DNA of 54,089 nt, counting the filler, from Bipalium vagum (taxonomy: Eukaryota), in the NCBI GenBank assembly GCA_037834085.1. It is 3 parts of 3 records of this genome, joined end to end, with 100 filler letters (N's around TTAATTAATTAA, not from the genome) between each part and the next. Parts side by side here need not be neighbours in the genome. Positions count along the whole stretch, not along the records: positions 19,439 to 37,694 come from JBBMKC010034606.1; 2 more parts are not named here. One strand, 5' to 3'. The notes beneath the pieces were generated by a model. The model worked only from the letters and a program-made list of their open reading frames with translations, ran no database searches and was not told the DNA's origin. Every line of letters starts with the position of its first letter. Position 1 is the first letter of the stretch. Below are positions 24,061-37,029 of this stretch, in pieces. The position numbers and the translations under genes are program-made.

Positions 24061-25161
24061 ATTTGTATTTTATTTTATTATTTATTACTATTATTATAGT
24101 CTGATACAGACGTTACAAAAAGTTGAACATTTTTTGAGTTGATTAAAGTCTGAAGTCAAATTTCTTTGACACATTTCTACCATATTAACTTTATTTATAA
24201 TATAAATAATAATAATATAAACACATTTGTGCATAAACAATTGACTAGATTCATTCAAATTATGATGTGAAAGGTTAGAAGTAAAACAGTGATACCCACA
24301 AGAAATTCTCACTGTTACATATTAGTGCTATAATTAAGTCAAACATAAATATCGTGCATAAAAGATATTAATGCAATTAGCTGAAATGTGAAGTTAGCAC
24401 ACAATCGCTCCATTCATAAATATATTATTAATGAAGTTCCCGAATCACACTGTGAACGAAATCCAATTTTCTATTCACCTAATATCGCTCACCATGACCA
24501 AAGTTTAATAATTATTAATTATCATTTTATTATGGCGCATGTCGAAAATAAGAAATAGATTTTGGTGTAGCATTGTTTTCGATATTTCTGTCCGCAAAAT
24601 TTTATTGAATATCAAAATATTCTGATAAAGTATTTAATACCGTTTGGTTTTGATGATGAATTCTAAAAGAACTTTTGGAAAATGATAAGTTAATAATCAA
24701 TACTGTTTGCGTCTTCTAATTTTGATATCAACATTAGACAGACTTAACTAAACTTGGTGATATGGGAAAATCTATTTAACCACTTCCATGTGTTCTGAGC
24801 TTTGTTAAAAATTTCATTTTGGAACATGAACCTCTTATTCAGGCAATTGCATTTCCTACGGCCACCAATAAAATAAATTTCAACTTTAAGAACTCTTAAA
24901 GGATAATTGTTGAAAACTTTAGTAGTTAAATAAAAATTACTGACAAAAAATCATTAAAATTTTATAGGGTTTTAAATGTGATTAATCAATGATGATAATG
25001 TGTTGTAAGACTGGCTTCAATTTATAAATCATGGAAATTTATCTTATAACCAAATTGATTTTATAAAAATGTAAATTTTCATGATCTTTAAAAGCGATAA
25101 GCTAAAAGTAAACTTTGTTTATATCGCACAAAATAGATAAATTTGATAAAATATTTATTAG

Positions 25162-25372
25162 ACCTCTTTTTGGTTTGTTGGATGAATGTACCAGTGCGGT
25201 TTCCATCGATGTTGAAGCAAGCATTTACGAATCGGCCATAAAAATGGGAATAACCTTATTGACTGTCACACATAGGCCATCACTGTGGAAGTTTCATGAC
25301 TTACTTTTGAAATTTGATGGTGAAGGAGGATGGAATTTGACAAAGATTAAAGAAAACGATAACGAAAAATAA
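25162..25372 (+). CDS. Terminal exon of peroxisomal ABC half-transporter, ABCD1/ABCD2-like
   Basis: Acceptor ttag at 25158-25161; [57 protein letters not shown]: Walker B/D-loop [11 protein letters not shown]-loop THRPSLW and the FDGEGGW tail are typical of ABCD1/2. AATAAA at about 25421. Upstream exons not seen. Confidence 0.92.
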
Positions 25373-26709
25373 TAATTTGGCAAAGTTAATTATTTTATCT
25401 TGCTCAAATGATTTTCTTGCAATAAATTCATTTTAGTGTTTTAAGAATATTTTAGTCTAAAATGAAAGGTTACTACGTTTGATTTTATTATTAGAAATTA
25501 ATTTTATGTGAAATAAATTTTTTTCGTTCTCATAAATCTTAAAATGTTTATTTGAGTAAACTTTTGGATGTATTGAATATATGAACTCAGATCAAATGTC
25601 CATAATTTAATCATCTGTATTACTAAAATTACTAAAATGTGCTAGAAATATTTCAAATTTTAACAATTTCATAAAGTTTTTTACAAGATATTTATTCACT
25701 AACAAACCCGCTTGTCGCAAAAGTATTATTTATTTTTTAATTGGTTATTATTTAATGTTTAAATTAAATATTAAAACGATATAAATTAAATGAGTTCAGA
25801 GTTTGTTAAGAAAAATTAGATCAAAGTAATCTTAAAAGTAAATTTATTGGCATTACTACTGTTACAGTATTTAATAATTAAAAAAATAATTGAAATTCAT
25901 TAAGTTTAATTATTAGTACCATATTGATTAAACGTTAATGCCTTCATTTTAACATAAAATATTTGAATTTCTGTAAATTTAAGAGAAATATAATAATTTT
26001 AAATAAAATTAATGCAATTTCTTTTATTATTTAATTAATTGTTGATCCCATGTAATGAATTCGGGTTTATTAGTTATTTCTTAATTCAGAAACTTGGAAT
26101 TTCAATAATTTAAATTTAATAGAAATTTATTAATTATTATACCATCTGGGTGGTTATAATTATTGATATCTTTTGAAAGAATAAGTTATAGAATTGTGGA
26201 AATCATGTCAGGATACAGATAGATGAGGAGCATCAAGAAACAATGGAATATTTATGTAAATCTTAAAAGCATTAATTTTCATGTTTGTGAATAAATTTTG
26301 TGTCTTAACAATTGAATACTATTTACTGATTTGTGTTTTTAAATTTTATTTTGTATGGTAGTATTATAATTTTACTCAGTAACTTTTATTTATATTTCTG
26401 AATCAATTATTATGATCTTAATTCTTCTATTAATCTTTGAGCTGCGTGATAAACCCTGATTATAAAAAATTTTAAAATTAAATTTATTAAAAGTTAAGAT
26501 TTTTTATAGTAAATCAGTTAATTCGTAGAGATAAGCAATGGAATTGTATAAAATAAGTAATTAATGTTACCAGAGCATAAGCACTGATGGTTAAGTTAAA
26601 CAAGTAGATTTTGGATAGTATATTTCTATTTAAATTCGTTGTAATGGGAAAATAAATCTAAATTATTTTTATACTTTATAGTTTCTAATTTTTTAATAAC
26701 TAGGTATAT

Positions 26710-26960
26710 ACTAGGGTAAATCAAAAAGTAAAGACACAAGCTTTATATTATTTTATTTTCAAAGATTATAACATATAAAGACAATTATTTTTCAATATAA
26801 TCATTATTTTTTTCGATTCACTTCTTCCATCTGTCAACTAACTTCTGCATTCCTTTAGCAAAAAAATTTTTGTCTTTTGCTTTCAAGAAATCTTGCACCG
26901 CTTTTTTCACTGCATCATCATTGTAGAAACTGGCAATAACAAACTTTTTTGCCTGCAAAA
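26710..26960 (-). mobile_element. Mariner 3' end with TIR
   Basis: FYNDDAVKKAVQDFLKAKDKKFFAKGMQKLVDRWKK; TIR (TA)CTAGGGTAAATCAAAAAGTAAAG. Confidence 0.8.
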
Positions 26961-29079
26961 GTGCTGAATATATATTTATCCTATATTTTTCTTTTTTTAT
27001 TAGGAATTTCCGATTTTTTCATTTTTTGAAACATTGCAAAATATTTTAATTAAATTAAATTTTAATGAAAATGATGATAAGTTACACGACTATTTAAATA
27101 TAAGAAATTGTGAAAAAATACAAAGATTCACAATTTTTTAAAAAATTTAAAGAAAATTAATGATTAGAATAATTGATGAGAAAAAGAAAATGTTATGGAA
27201 TTTATAATACAAAAAATTTATTAAATATATCTTTTTCTTTTATCTGCTAAGAAGTTGTTCATGATAAACCAAATCATTTGATTTAAAAATATATAAACAA
27301 AATAAAATTATAAGAATTATGACAATAATTTTCATTAGATTTGAATTGTAAACCATTTTGGCCTTATGGCGGTGATGAAAATAAAAATTATTTCAGACAG
27401 ATCTCTAAAATTGATAACATTTTCGAAGAATTTGAATTAAGATATTTACATATGACGTGAGATATTATGATATTATGAAAGTTTTCATAAATATAAATAA
27501 AAATTAAATATTTTTTCTCACTTAATTGATGATAATGAGGATTTAGATATAAAAAGATTAGAAATGAATCAACAAAAAGAAATTCGAATTATACAATATG
27601 GAAATACAAGAAAATTTAAGAAGCTATAATTGAAACAATACAGTAATACAATAAAAATATATAGAAAACTAAATGAAGTTAAACGAAAACCAATGAGAAA
27701 TACAAGAAGGAAAAAAATATTTTCCCCTGATTCTAATCGAATCAATTTTGGAAATGTAATTTCTAATCAACTTTTAGAAAATAAAATAGGAAAAGAGATG
27801 AGAATTTACGAATGAGAAACAAATTTTGGAAATTTTGTCATTTAATTATATAAAACTTAAATTTAAATATTCGAAGATTTGCTCAAATTAAAATACGGTA
27901 GCTTCTTATTAGTGATACTGAAAAATGTAAACTGAAAACTTGGTTGTAAGATTAATAATAATAAAGGCCAACATTTAACAGACAATGCAACTTTTTTACA
28001 GTAATAGATAACAAAATACTGTTGAACCATTATACTTACTACCATTAAAGCTTTAACCTAATATCAAAATGAAACTGACTCCACAATAATGTTACCTGTT
28101 ACGTTTCCTTCCCATTGTACAACACAAAATCACAATAAGTTTTAGTAAATAATAATTTTTCGCACGATTAAACCAGTTAAAGACGAATGTTCCGATTGCA
28201 ATAAATAATTAAATTACAAAACACTAATTTAATAATAATAGTCAAAAATAAATAAAAACAAATACAGTTAGTTTCGATAGAAATCAATAGACTTTATGAT
28301 AATATACAACACACAAATGATGTTACGCAAATATTAAAAATGAATTTTTAATTATTACTCAAAAGAAAATTAATGTAAGTCACGAAAGAAAAAAAGAAAA
28401 ACAAAATATGATAGAATAGCTCTGAGCAAGAACAGAAAGGCTGTCTGGATCGTTAGCTAGGCAGTATAGGATCGCCTGGAGACGATTGAGCACGAAGAAA
28501 TTTTTCATTAGAGTAAATGTCGATTTCTTTGAACATAAAAATAAAAATTAAAAATTGCTGTATAAAAAATGTAGCACACCCAAAATATTTAATCAAATGC
28601 AATATATGATTATCTAAATAAATTCAATAATATTTACCAATTAAATTATTGTATATTTATATTATAAAGAAATTATGAGTTCCCCTTTCCAACATAAATT
28701 TCTCAAGGTGATATTTAATTCATAATTCTATTAAAAGTTCTTATAGATAGTTATAATGCGCATTTTTTAAATTTAATTAATCATGGTGGAAAGGAAAGGA
28801 ATTTAGTAAATATATCAAATATTATTTATTTTGTTATTATTTAATAAAAGTTTATAGATGAATATCTCAATGCGAAAATATTAAAATTTTTCACTTTTTC
28901 AGATTTTATCATATTTAGTAAAAGAAATAAAAAATGGAATCCTGTAATAATTTTTGAAGATAATTTTGTCCGTAATTCGTGAGAAATAAGTTTTTATTCA
29001 TTCATATCACAATTCAATATATATTAGATTTGTTCTTCAGGCGAACAAAAAAAAATTATTGAGAATAAAAATATATAAA

Positions 29080-29146
29080 ACTACTACTACTACTAATAAT
29101 AATAATAAAATAATAATAATAATAATAATAATAATTATTATTATTA
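29080..29146. repeat. Compound (ACT)n-(AAT)n-(ATT)n microsatellite
   Basis: Direct reading. Confidence 0.9.
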
Positions 29147-29870
29147 ATTCTCTTATTAATGGACATTTTGATAATTATTATCACTTAATTCCAATTTCAT
29201 GAAATATATCAAAACTTCAAAAACCATGTTGTGTTTGCACATATAAAGATCAAATTTACAATATTGCAAAACATAAAATCTAAAAACGAAAAATGAAATA
29301 TGGATGCACAATTCCTGTGATAGCACTGATCCCTATTAGAAATGTTAAAATTGATAAAAAGAAGCAAGACACATTTTTATCCCAACGCCGGACTGACTTG
29401 GAAATTACTTGACCATGTCGAATGCAAAAAATTGTTCCACATGAGATTCTGTTCTTTTTATGAGACACGGAAATGGAATCTTTTTTATAATATCAAAAGA
29501 AATTTATCAAAATTGACATTTATTTCACTTTTAAGAATTTAATATTTAATTTAAAAAAAGAGGTAATAGTCTATCCAAATTTTAATTAATGATTTCAGGA
29601 TAATTTCAGGAAATGAATTATCTCAATTTTTTTATTAACAGACCGTATGTTTATTGTTTCTTGTGAACATGAAAATTGCTGTTAAAACATATCTTAGAGA
29701 TAAATAGGAAAAACAGTAGGCAGGATTCGAGATAAAAATCTAATATGCTATTAATTATTTAATTATAATTATTGATGATATGAAAACATTGAAATTGTGC
29801 TTACATTTTACCTAGGATAACCTTCATTTTTATTGATTAATTTGTGAATTAAGGATTATGAAGAATATTT

Positions 29871-29871
<1 letters not shown>

Positions 29872-29917
<46 letters not shown>
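29872..29917. repeat. (AAT)n microsatellite
   Basis: Direct reading. Confidence 0.95.
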
Positions 29918-29918
<1 letters not shown>

Positions 29919-30832
29919 TTTTATTATTAATAAGAAATAATTTAATTGGTAATAATTTTAAACTTAAAAGTAATAATTGGTATTACAACATTGGTTTTAA
30001 TTAATTTCAGTGAAAAGCATTTTTTTATTTATATTTGATAATTGGAAAAACAGATTTGTGAAAAAATATCTGTTTGGATTTTATTAAAAGGAAAATTGAA
30101 CATTTTATAGGATAGGTAAATTCCAGGTATCTTTTCACAAGCAATTATAACAGACAGATTTATGAATAATTAGACCAGGAACTCATTAAAAAATTTTTTA
30201 ATAATAACTGATTAATAAATAATTGAGTTTATTAATATATTTCCTAATCAATTAATATTTTATTACTTTTTATTATTTTTATTTTTATGTTGGTTTCTTC
30301 AAATTCAACCGGTTTTAAGTGTTAAACTATTACAGTATTAGTTATAAAAAGTATTTCTTATGATACATAAGGAAGAATGGTAATCCAAAAATCTGGTTCT
30401 TATGTAATGTGACACTTAAATTTAACTTAATCGGAATTAAGTTAGCATATTTTACTATCGATTAGAAATGAAGAGTTCAAATAATCTTTTAAATAGGCCA
30501 TGGAAGTTTCATTCCTTTTTGTTGTAGCTTTTTCTATTTGCATTTATATTTTCAATGTCATGAAAATGCCTTAAATCTTTTGGCGAGGTTATATAATATT
30601 GTCTTGCTGTAACCAAATGGGTGTTTTTCCTGGACGAAGCGATTCGAGTATTGCTTCTCTTCTGTCTTATTCCAAAGACATAGAAAACTTTAAAATTTAT
30701 TTTTGATCTATTGATATTATTGATATATTAAACAAGTAAATATCAGATGGATTTTAAAAAAATATCTAAATGATATTAGTTTGAAAATATTCCCGACTTA
30801 TCTGAAACACCCTGTATTTAAAATCGATTATA

Positions 30833-32118
30833 TAGAGGCGGTGCAAAAAATTGCCGTTTTAAAAAAATGAAGATAAATAAAACAAAATGAAAAAATCTTT
30901 TTTCATTTATCATTTTCAATATTGCTTATTTTATTTGTTTAAAATCAATAAATCTTTAAAAAATAAAGAGGTATATTTAAATTAATGCTTTTAGGTTTGA
31001 CATACGAAAGCATCAATTATTTCTAATGCTACAATGATATGTAATGGTCATTTAGCCGTAGATGCCTATCGATATTTGGTAAAAGCATGGGGAGATGAAA
31101 ATATTGTCAAGGAGAAAAGATTTAAACAAATTGCTACGGAATGCAGCACAGGCAGATTAAAGTTCAAAAGAACTGAGGGCTCATTAATATCAGTTATCCT
31201 TGGTCAGAACATCAGTTTGATTAAAAATTTGGTTTATGAAGACAATACTGTACCTTTGTCAAATTTGGTCAGCTTAACAAATATCAATAAAAGGTCAATT
31301 CAAAGAATTCTTCATGAACGTAGGGATTTAAAGTCAGTAACATGCAAATGGGTACCACATGTTCTAACAAGTGAACATAAAAAAATCACAATATTCTTTC
31401 TAAGATCATTACTCAGGTGCTCTCAAAGCGAAATGCGAATAAAAACCTATACGTAACTGACAAAAATGGGTTTACATAGAAGCTTTCTCCTCATGTCAAT
31501 AATAAGAGGAAGTGGGTATCTTTGAATGGATCGGGTGACTATTCACAGGTCATGGGTCCACGAAGAAACAGTATGACGAAAAAGTTTCATTTGATTATGG
31601 TGTGCAACTTTGATGGCGCTTTTTACTTTGAATTACTAGAAGATGGTTAAAGTATCGATGCTAAGAGATCCATTGAATTTGTCAAAAATGCGTTATGCCA
31701 TTTGAATCTAAGAATAGGTGACAGACAAAAAATATGATGGCTGTACGATAATGCTTCTCCCCATAGATCTCTCCAAACTTCTAACTTCTTCTACAATGCC
31801 AGCATCAGATTATTAAGCCAACCTGCTTATTCACCTGATCTCAATCTGCTAGATGGCTACATATTCAAAAATTTAAAAGTTTATTTCCGAAACACTAAAT
31901 TTGAAAACTTCCTCTAGGGTAAAGATAATATCAACCAACTTGTCAAAACTGGCAAAAAGTTGGTAAAACATTGTGAACATATTTGGCATATATGTAAATA
32001 AACTATTTGAAAGAAGTTAAAATATTAATAAAAATAATGATTAAAATATTTTTGTTTATTAATAATTGTTTCATTTTTCATCTTAAAATTCGAACAAAAT
32101 TATTTGTCAATCCAGTGT
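30833..32118 (+). mobile_element. Near full-length but defective divergent DD34D mariner-like element
   Basis: ORF 31034..31456 with KWVPHVLT; VTDKKWVY; DNASPH...QPAYSPDLNLLD (34-residue spacer counted); several stops; ends approximate. Confidence 0.85.
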
Positions 32119-33735
32119 TAATGAAAATGTTTTGAATTACTCATTTAATTTATATTATTTATTTATATATTGTTTAATATATATATTAATAAATATTATT
32201 TATTTCTCTATAACAATTTTAAAATTTAAAAATAATATAATTTCTGTCAGATGATTTTTTTAAAAATTTTACAGGTAGTTTTAAAAGTGGAAACAAATTA
32301 ATGTCAGAATTTTTTTTATTTGAATTTTTTATTATTTAAATTTAAATTCATTTTAACTCTAATTTAATTAAAATTTTGAAACTACCTTTAGTTTGATAGA
32401 TTTGCTTGCACTGTTATTATTCTTCAACCTCAATTCTTATTTATCAATAAGTACTTATTATTATTACATGTTTGAATATTATTACAATGTTTACTCTTTC
32501 AATAAATAAACTATCTTTCTAGACAGTATAAACAATATGTTGTTGTTTTTATTAATAAACTCAATATTTTTATGACAAATAGTGCATTTTATACTATACC
32601 TCCATGATACTAGTGTTTATATTCCGAAGTGAAATAAAACGTAATATAAATATATATCAGTTTTAGAAATAATTTAAAATTATATAGTTTTATATTTTAC
32701 CTTAATTAAAAATATTAATTTAATTTCAAAAAATTATTTATTTTACTGCAATCAAAACTTAAATAAAAATAAAAAAACAAAAAAAATCATGTGGTTCATG
32801 CAAAAAATTTTTTTTCTTTAGCAATTTTTATTTTCAGATTTTTTAATACATAATTTTATTTATATTTTTGATATTTTCAAATGACAAACCCGGACAATAA
32901 AATATCAATGTTCAGTAAATTTCCGATAAAATTAATGAAAACACTTTAGTCAAATTAAGGGAATTTAGTTTATCCATATTGTTCCGTTTTTTAATCCGTT
33001 TCTCCACCATTGTTGTTTACCGAATAACATAATAAAATAATTAATCTTTCAAGACTGAAATCAACCAGGCTGTCAGGTGATCGGGAATTAACACCGAAAT
33101 TAAACAGGGTGAAGGACAAAAGATGACGAGAATTGATAAGAAATAAATGTCCAAACATTCGTCCATGTTTATGAAAACGATAAACATTCCAGCTATTTTC
33201 TGTCAAAAACATGTCAAAGTAAACTGCTAATTAATTAAATTCAAATATGTGCACTTTTGTCGAAAACAGAAATTCCATTCTTTATTTTTAACTGTTTCTT
33301 TTTTACTACAAAGAGCCAAAACAGTTTAAGAGAAAATTTCTATTAATAAAATATTATTTACGGAAGCATGTCACAGACAAACATGGACACATGTTTATAT
33401 TATATTACATTATTATAATAAATATAATATAAACATATCTGTCAATGTCAATAGATTCTCCAGGGAATGGCATACCAAGTTTATGACTCTTCCAGCGAGC
33501 TCGATTCGCAAAAAAACATCTGTTACCATTGATAGGATAATTGTTAATAAAAAATGCTCGAAAAATCTATCCGGATGTTACCATTTTGACAATCCGCGCT
33601 TAATTACATTGACGCCATCCACTCATTGATACCAAAAATGATACAAGTTATTTAACATTGATTTGTTGACCAATCTTCTACGGGAATAATTCTGATTTGC
33701 ATCATGTTATAGCGATGCCGTTCACCAGTTGTGCC

Positions 33736-33744
33736 TATATAAAA
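33736..33744 (+). promoter_or_regulatory. TATA box of the EGF-ligand gene
   Basis: cc-TATATAAAA-cag, about 120 nt upstream of the first ATG, in a locally GC-richer non-repeat context. Confidence 0.65.
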
Positions 33745-33860
33745 CAGTAGCAGTTTTTCATTCACATTACTTCCTGAATCAATTATTTATAATTTAGTGC
33801 GCATCATTCCGTTTCATTATTATTATTTTTTATTACGTTAATCACATTTTCTGAAAAACC

Positions 33861-34634
33861 ATGTCCAATCTTTATCCCGATTTACATTGTATTAAATTGA
33901 CTCAGATTAAAATGCTTAAGCTTTTTGTACCTTTGCTCTTTGTTGTTGCTATGAGTTCTGAAATGAATTTGAAAGATAGGTATGATGCAGAAGCCATTAT
34001 TTATACTATTAAAACGCACTACCTTGATATGATGAGCAAACATAGCGATTGGCTCAAGCGAATACTGGGAGTCGTTAAGCTCGAGCTTAATTATCGTCAG
34101 GTTGTGGGCAACTGTACCAATGAAACTTGTTTATATTCAATTAAACTCTCCCAACCTTATAAACGAAAGCGATATCGTCGATCGGAAAGACGAAAGAACA
34201 GAATTTATAAACCTGATAAAAACATCCACCTGAAAGAAGATTCCTTTACTGATAATAATCAAATTGATTCTCCAATTATAGAAGAGGAAATAATATCCAT
34301 GATACCTGTTTTATTGCCCAAAACTAGTGAAATCCACATGTCCGAATGTAAAGGAAGATACGTTTATTATTGCAAAAATGGAGCTAAATGTGTTTACATA
34401 GATCTCCTTCAAGAGGCTGTGTGCATGTATGTTTATTTGTCTATTTTCATATTTTGATAATATTATTTTTCCACCAGATGCAGTAAAGGGTTCACTGGAC
34501 AACGATGTGTCGACTTCAGCCTTTCGGACACTGTTCAATCTTTAAGAGATTTCGAAATGAAAACAGTTAATATATCTGTCATCAACAAAAAAGACCGGGA
34601 CGCAATATTATCAGTTATGGATGCTACAGCGTAA
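33861..34634 (+). CDS. EGFR-ligand-type single-EGF-domain secreted protein (exons 33861-34426, 34478-34634)
   Basis: A 51-nt phase-2 GT-AG intron between Cys4 and Cys5 restores HMSECKGRYVYYCKNGAKCVYIDLLQEAVCICSKGFTGQRC (CX7CX5CX10CXCX8C, GxRC). Hydrophobic leader MLKLFVPLLFVVAMS from the ATG at 33912; basic cluster KRKRYRRSERRK; ends ...ILSVMDATA*; AATAAA at about 34670. Confidence 0.9.
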
Positions 34635-35949
34635 TTTTATTATTTTATTTATTAGAATTATAAACAATTAATAAAAAAATATAAAACAGAATATGATATT
34701 TTTAAAGTTTTTTTCATTATTTATAAGAATTCGGATCCTTTACGATATTAGGAAATAAACGACAAAGTCCCTTCAATTAACAATACAATTATAATTAATT
34801 AAGAAAAATATTTCACCTCATATTAAGTTTTTCCTCTGCTACACGAAATAATATTTATTTATAAACAAATAAACCATGTTAAAATGTTCAAAGTTACCTT
34901 TATTTATAAACAGTTTCACCACATCAACTGGACTTAAAATTAACATTTGAAAAATGTTTAGTAAATTACAATTTATAATTTTAATGCAGACAAACAATGA
35001 AAAACTCCTAATCTTATATTTTTGAAAGCTAAATTACACGTTAAAATGCCATGTAATTGTAATGTTTCAGAAATGATTAATTTTGTTTGTAATTTACTTA
35101 ATTTTTTTATTACAGTTAATTGAAATATGATAAAATTAATAAATTCCTTTCATAAGTCCAATCATAATATAATATCAAAATTAACTATTTGTCAATTAAA
35201 TAATTTAAGGTACAACAGTTGCGATTTTAATCTCTGGTTTCCATATTATATAAAGATCATTCAGCAACATTAAGAAAATAATTGATATAATCAGTCAAAT
35301 ATTATTATTCTGTTCTTTAATCTTTAAGTGGTTCGTTTCATACTATTGCAATGTCAATCATGTGTAAAATTCTGTTGTGATAATTTGTTCCTATCGAAAA
35401 TTCTGAGATGAAATAGAAAGTTTACCAGCATTCCTATGATGACATTTGAAAATTTGCAACTTTTAATATATTTTTATAAGCTCCTCAAAAATTTAAATTA
35501 ATTATTATTAATGATAATTTAACACATTTTATTTTGGACTACTTATTTTTGTTAATTTAGATTTTTGTTTTAACAAAGTGACTCGCAGTTGGTTTTTGAA
35601 ATAAGTAAATGAAAAATCGAAAGTTTTATATTTTCAAAATAATTTATTTCAACTTTATTTCTCGGTTTAAAATAAACAGATTTTTATCTTTCTTTTATTT
35701 AATACTGTGTAATACTCAAATTTAAGGTCTTTTTTATTAAGTTGATGCAAAAGATAATAATGCAATAAAAGATATTAAGTTGATGTCATATTTTCCCCAT
35801 TAATAAAAATTATTTATTGTTATTGAGTAAAATCTTTGTTTCAAGATGCTACGATATTGTTGAAAGCAGTTTAATAGTACTTCTAATAGACTTATATTAA
35901 TTAACTGTTTCAAAAAATTATAATCTGTAGGCAAGATATCAATGGAAAT

Positions 35950-36400
35950 AAAAATACGATATCATAGGCCAATTTTTACATTTTTCACAACGTCACTTTC
36001 GCGATATTTGGCCCTGATTCTCCCTGGAGAAATATCGATCTTTTTCTGTTGATCAGTTTAGGTTTGGAGCTTCATCGATTTGTTTGACGTGCGTTTCCGT
36101 TTGAATCATTTTTCATTTAGTTTACAAAATTAAAATAAATCACATCCTCTCGTAAATATTTGATATTTCACATTATCTTCAAGTGTAATTTCGAATTATC
36201 AAAAATGTTCTGGACATTCACGACGACCTTACTAATGACTAGGTGGCTTTATTTTATAAACTATCCATTTCTCGTCATAATTTTAATCCATTTGAAAAGA
36301 TTTTATTGTTCCATAGAAAAAAACGAATGGTTTTATTTATTTAGTACTCATATTTCCAGTTTTCTTTCACATTTTAAAGCTTGTTTTGGTTATTTTTGTT
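35950..36400 (-). mobile_element. Highly decayed mariner fragment
   Basis: LINRKRSIFLQGESGPNIAKVTL resembles the mariner LxNRK...LHDNARPHVA segment. Confidence 0.55.
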
Positions 36401-37029
36401 CCTAATAATTTGAAAATTTAATAAATTTTCACATGGTTTTTCGATTATTATGAACTTAAAATTCTAAAATTAATGAAAATTATAAGGTAACCAAGTTTGA
36501 AGAAAAATGTTAATATAGTTTTCCTGAGTAACATTTAATTTAATTTCAAAGATTATAATATTTTTTAAAATTATTATTTTTGAAGAATAATTTTTTAAAA
36601 TGTAATTTAAAACTTGTTCTCATAATAATGAACATAATTTATACTTTGTGATATCAATTGTAGACAATTGATTAGAATATTCAAATTGACTGAAGAAGAT
36701 CTGAATGATAAATATATATCAATATGAAAGATTTAAATTTGAATTATCTTCAATATTTCCGAATTTATATATTTAAACAATATTTGAAAAATATAAAAAT
36801 TTTAATTCATTTTACACTTAACAAATATTACTGTCTTACATCAAATATTTATTTAAGGACAGTAATAAGATCAAAGGAACTTTAATTTTAATATAATTAT
36901 AACGTAATTATTATTAGTACATAAACCACAAAAATCCGCGTATTTTAAATGTTATTTTGTACATTTGTCTCATAATATTTCATAAAGATTATACTTCATT
37001 TCATGCATTCTTAGTTGCAAATAAGCTTA

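Noticed and set aside
4029-25372. Peroxisomal gene pair (ISOC1 + ABCD)
   Set aside because: The ISOC C-terminus (...KNGQNN) lacks a PTS1 tripeptide and looks ISOC2-like; linkage across a gap is unproven.
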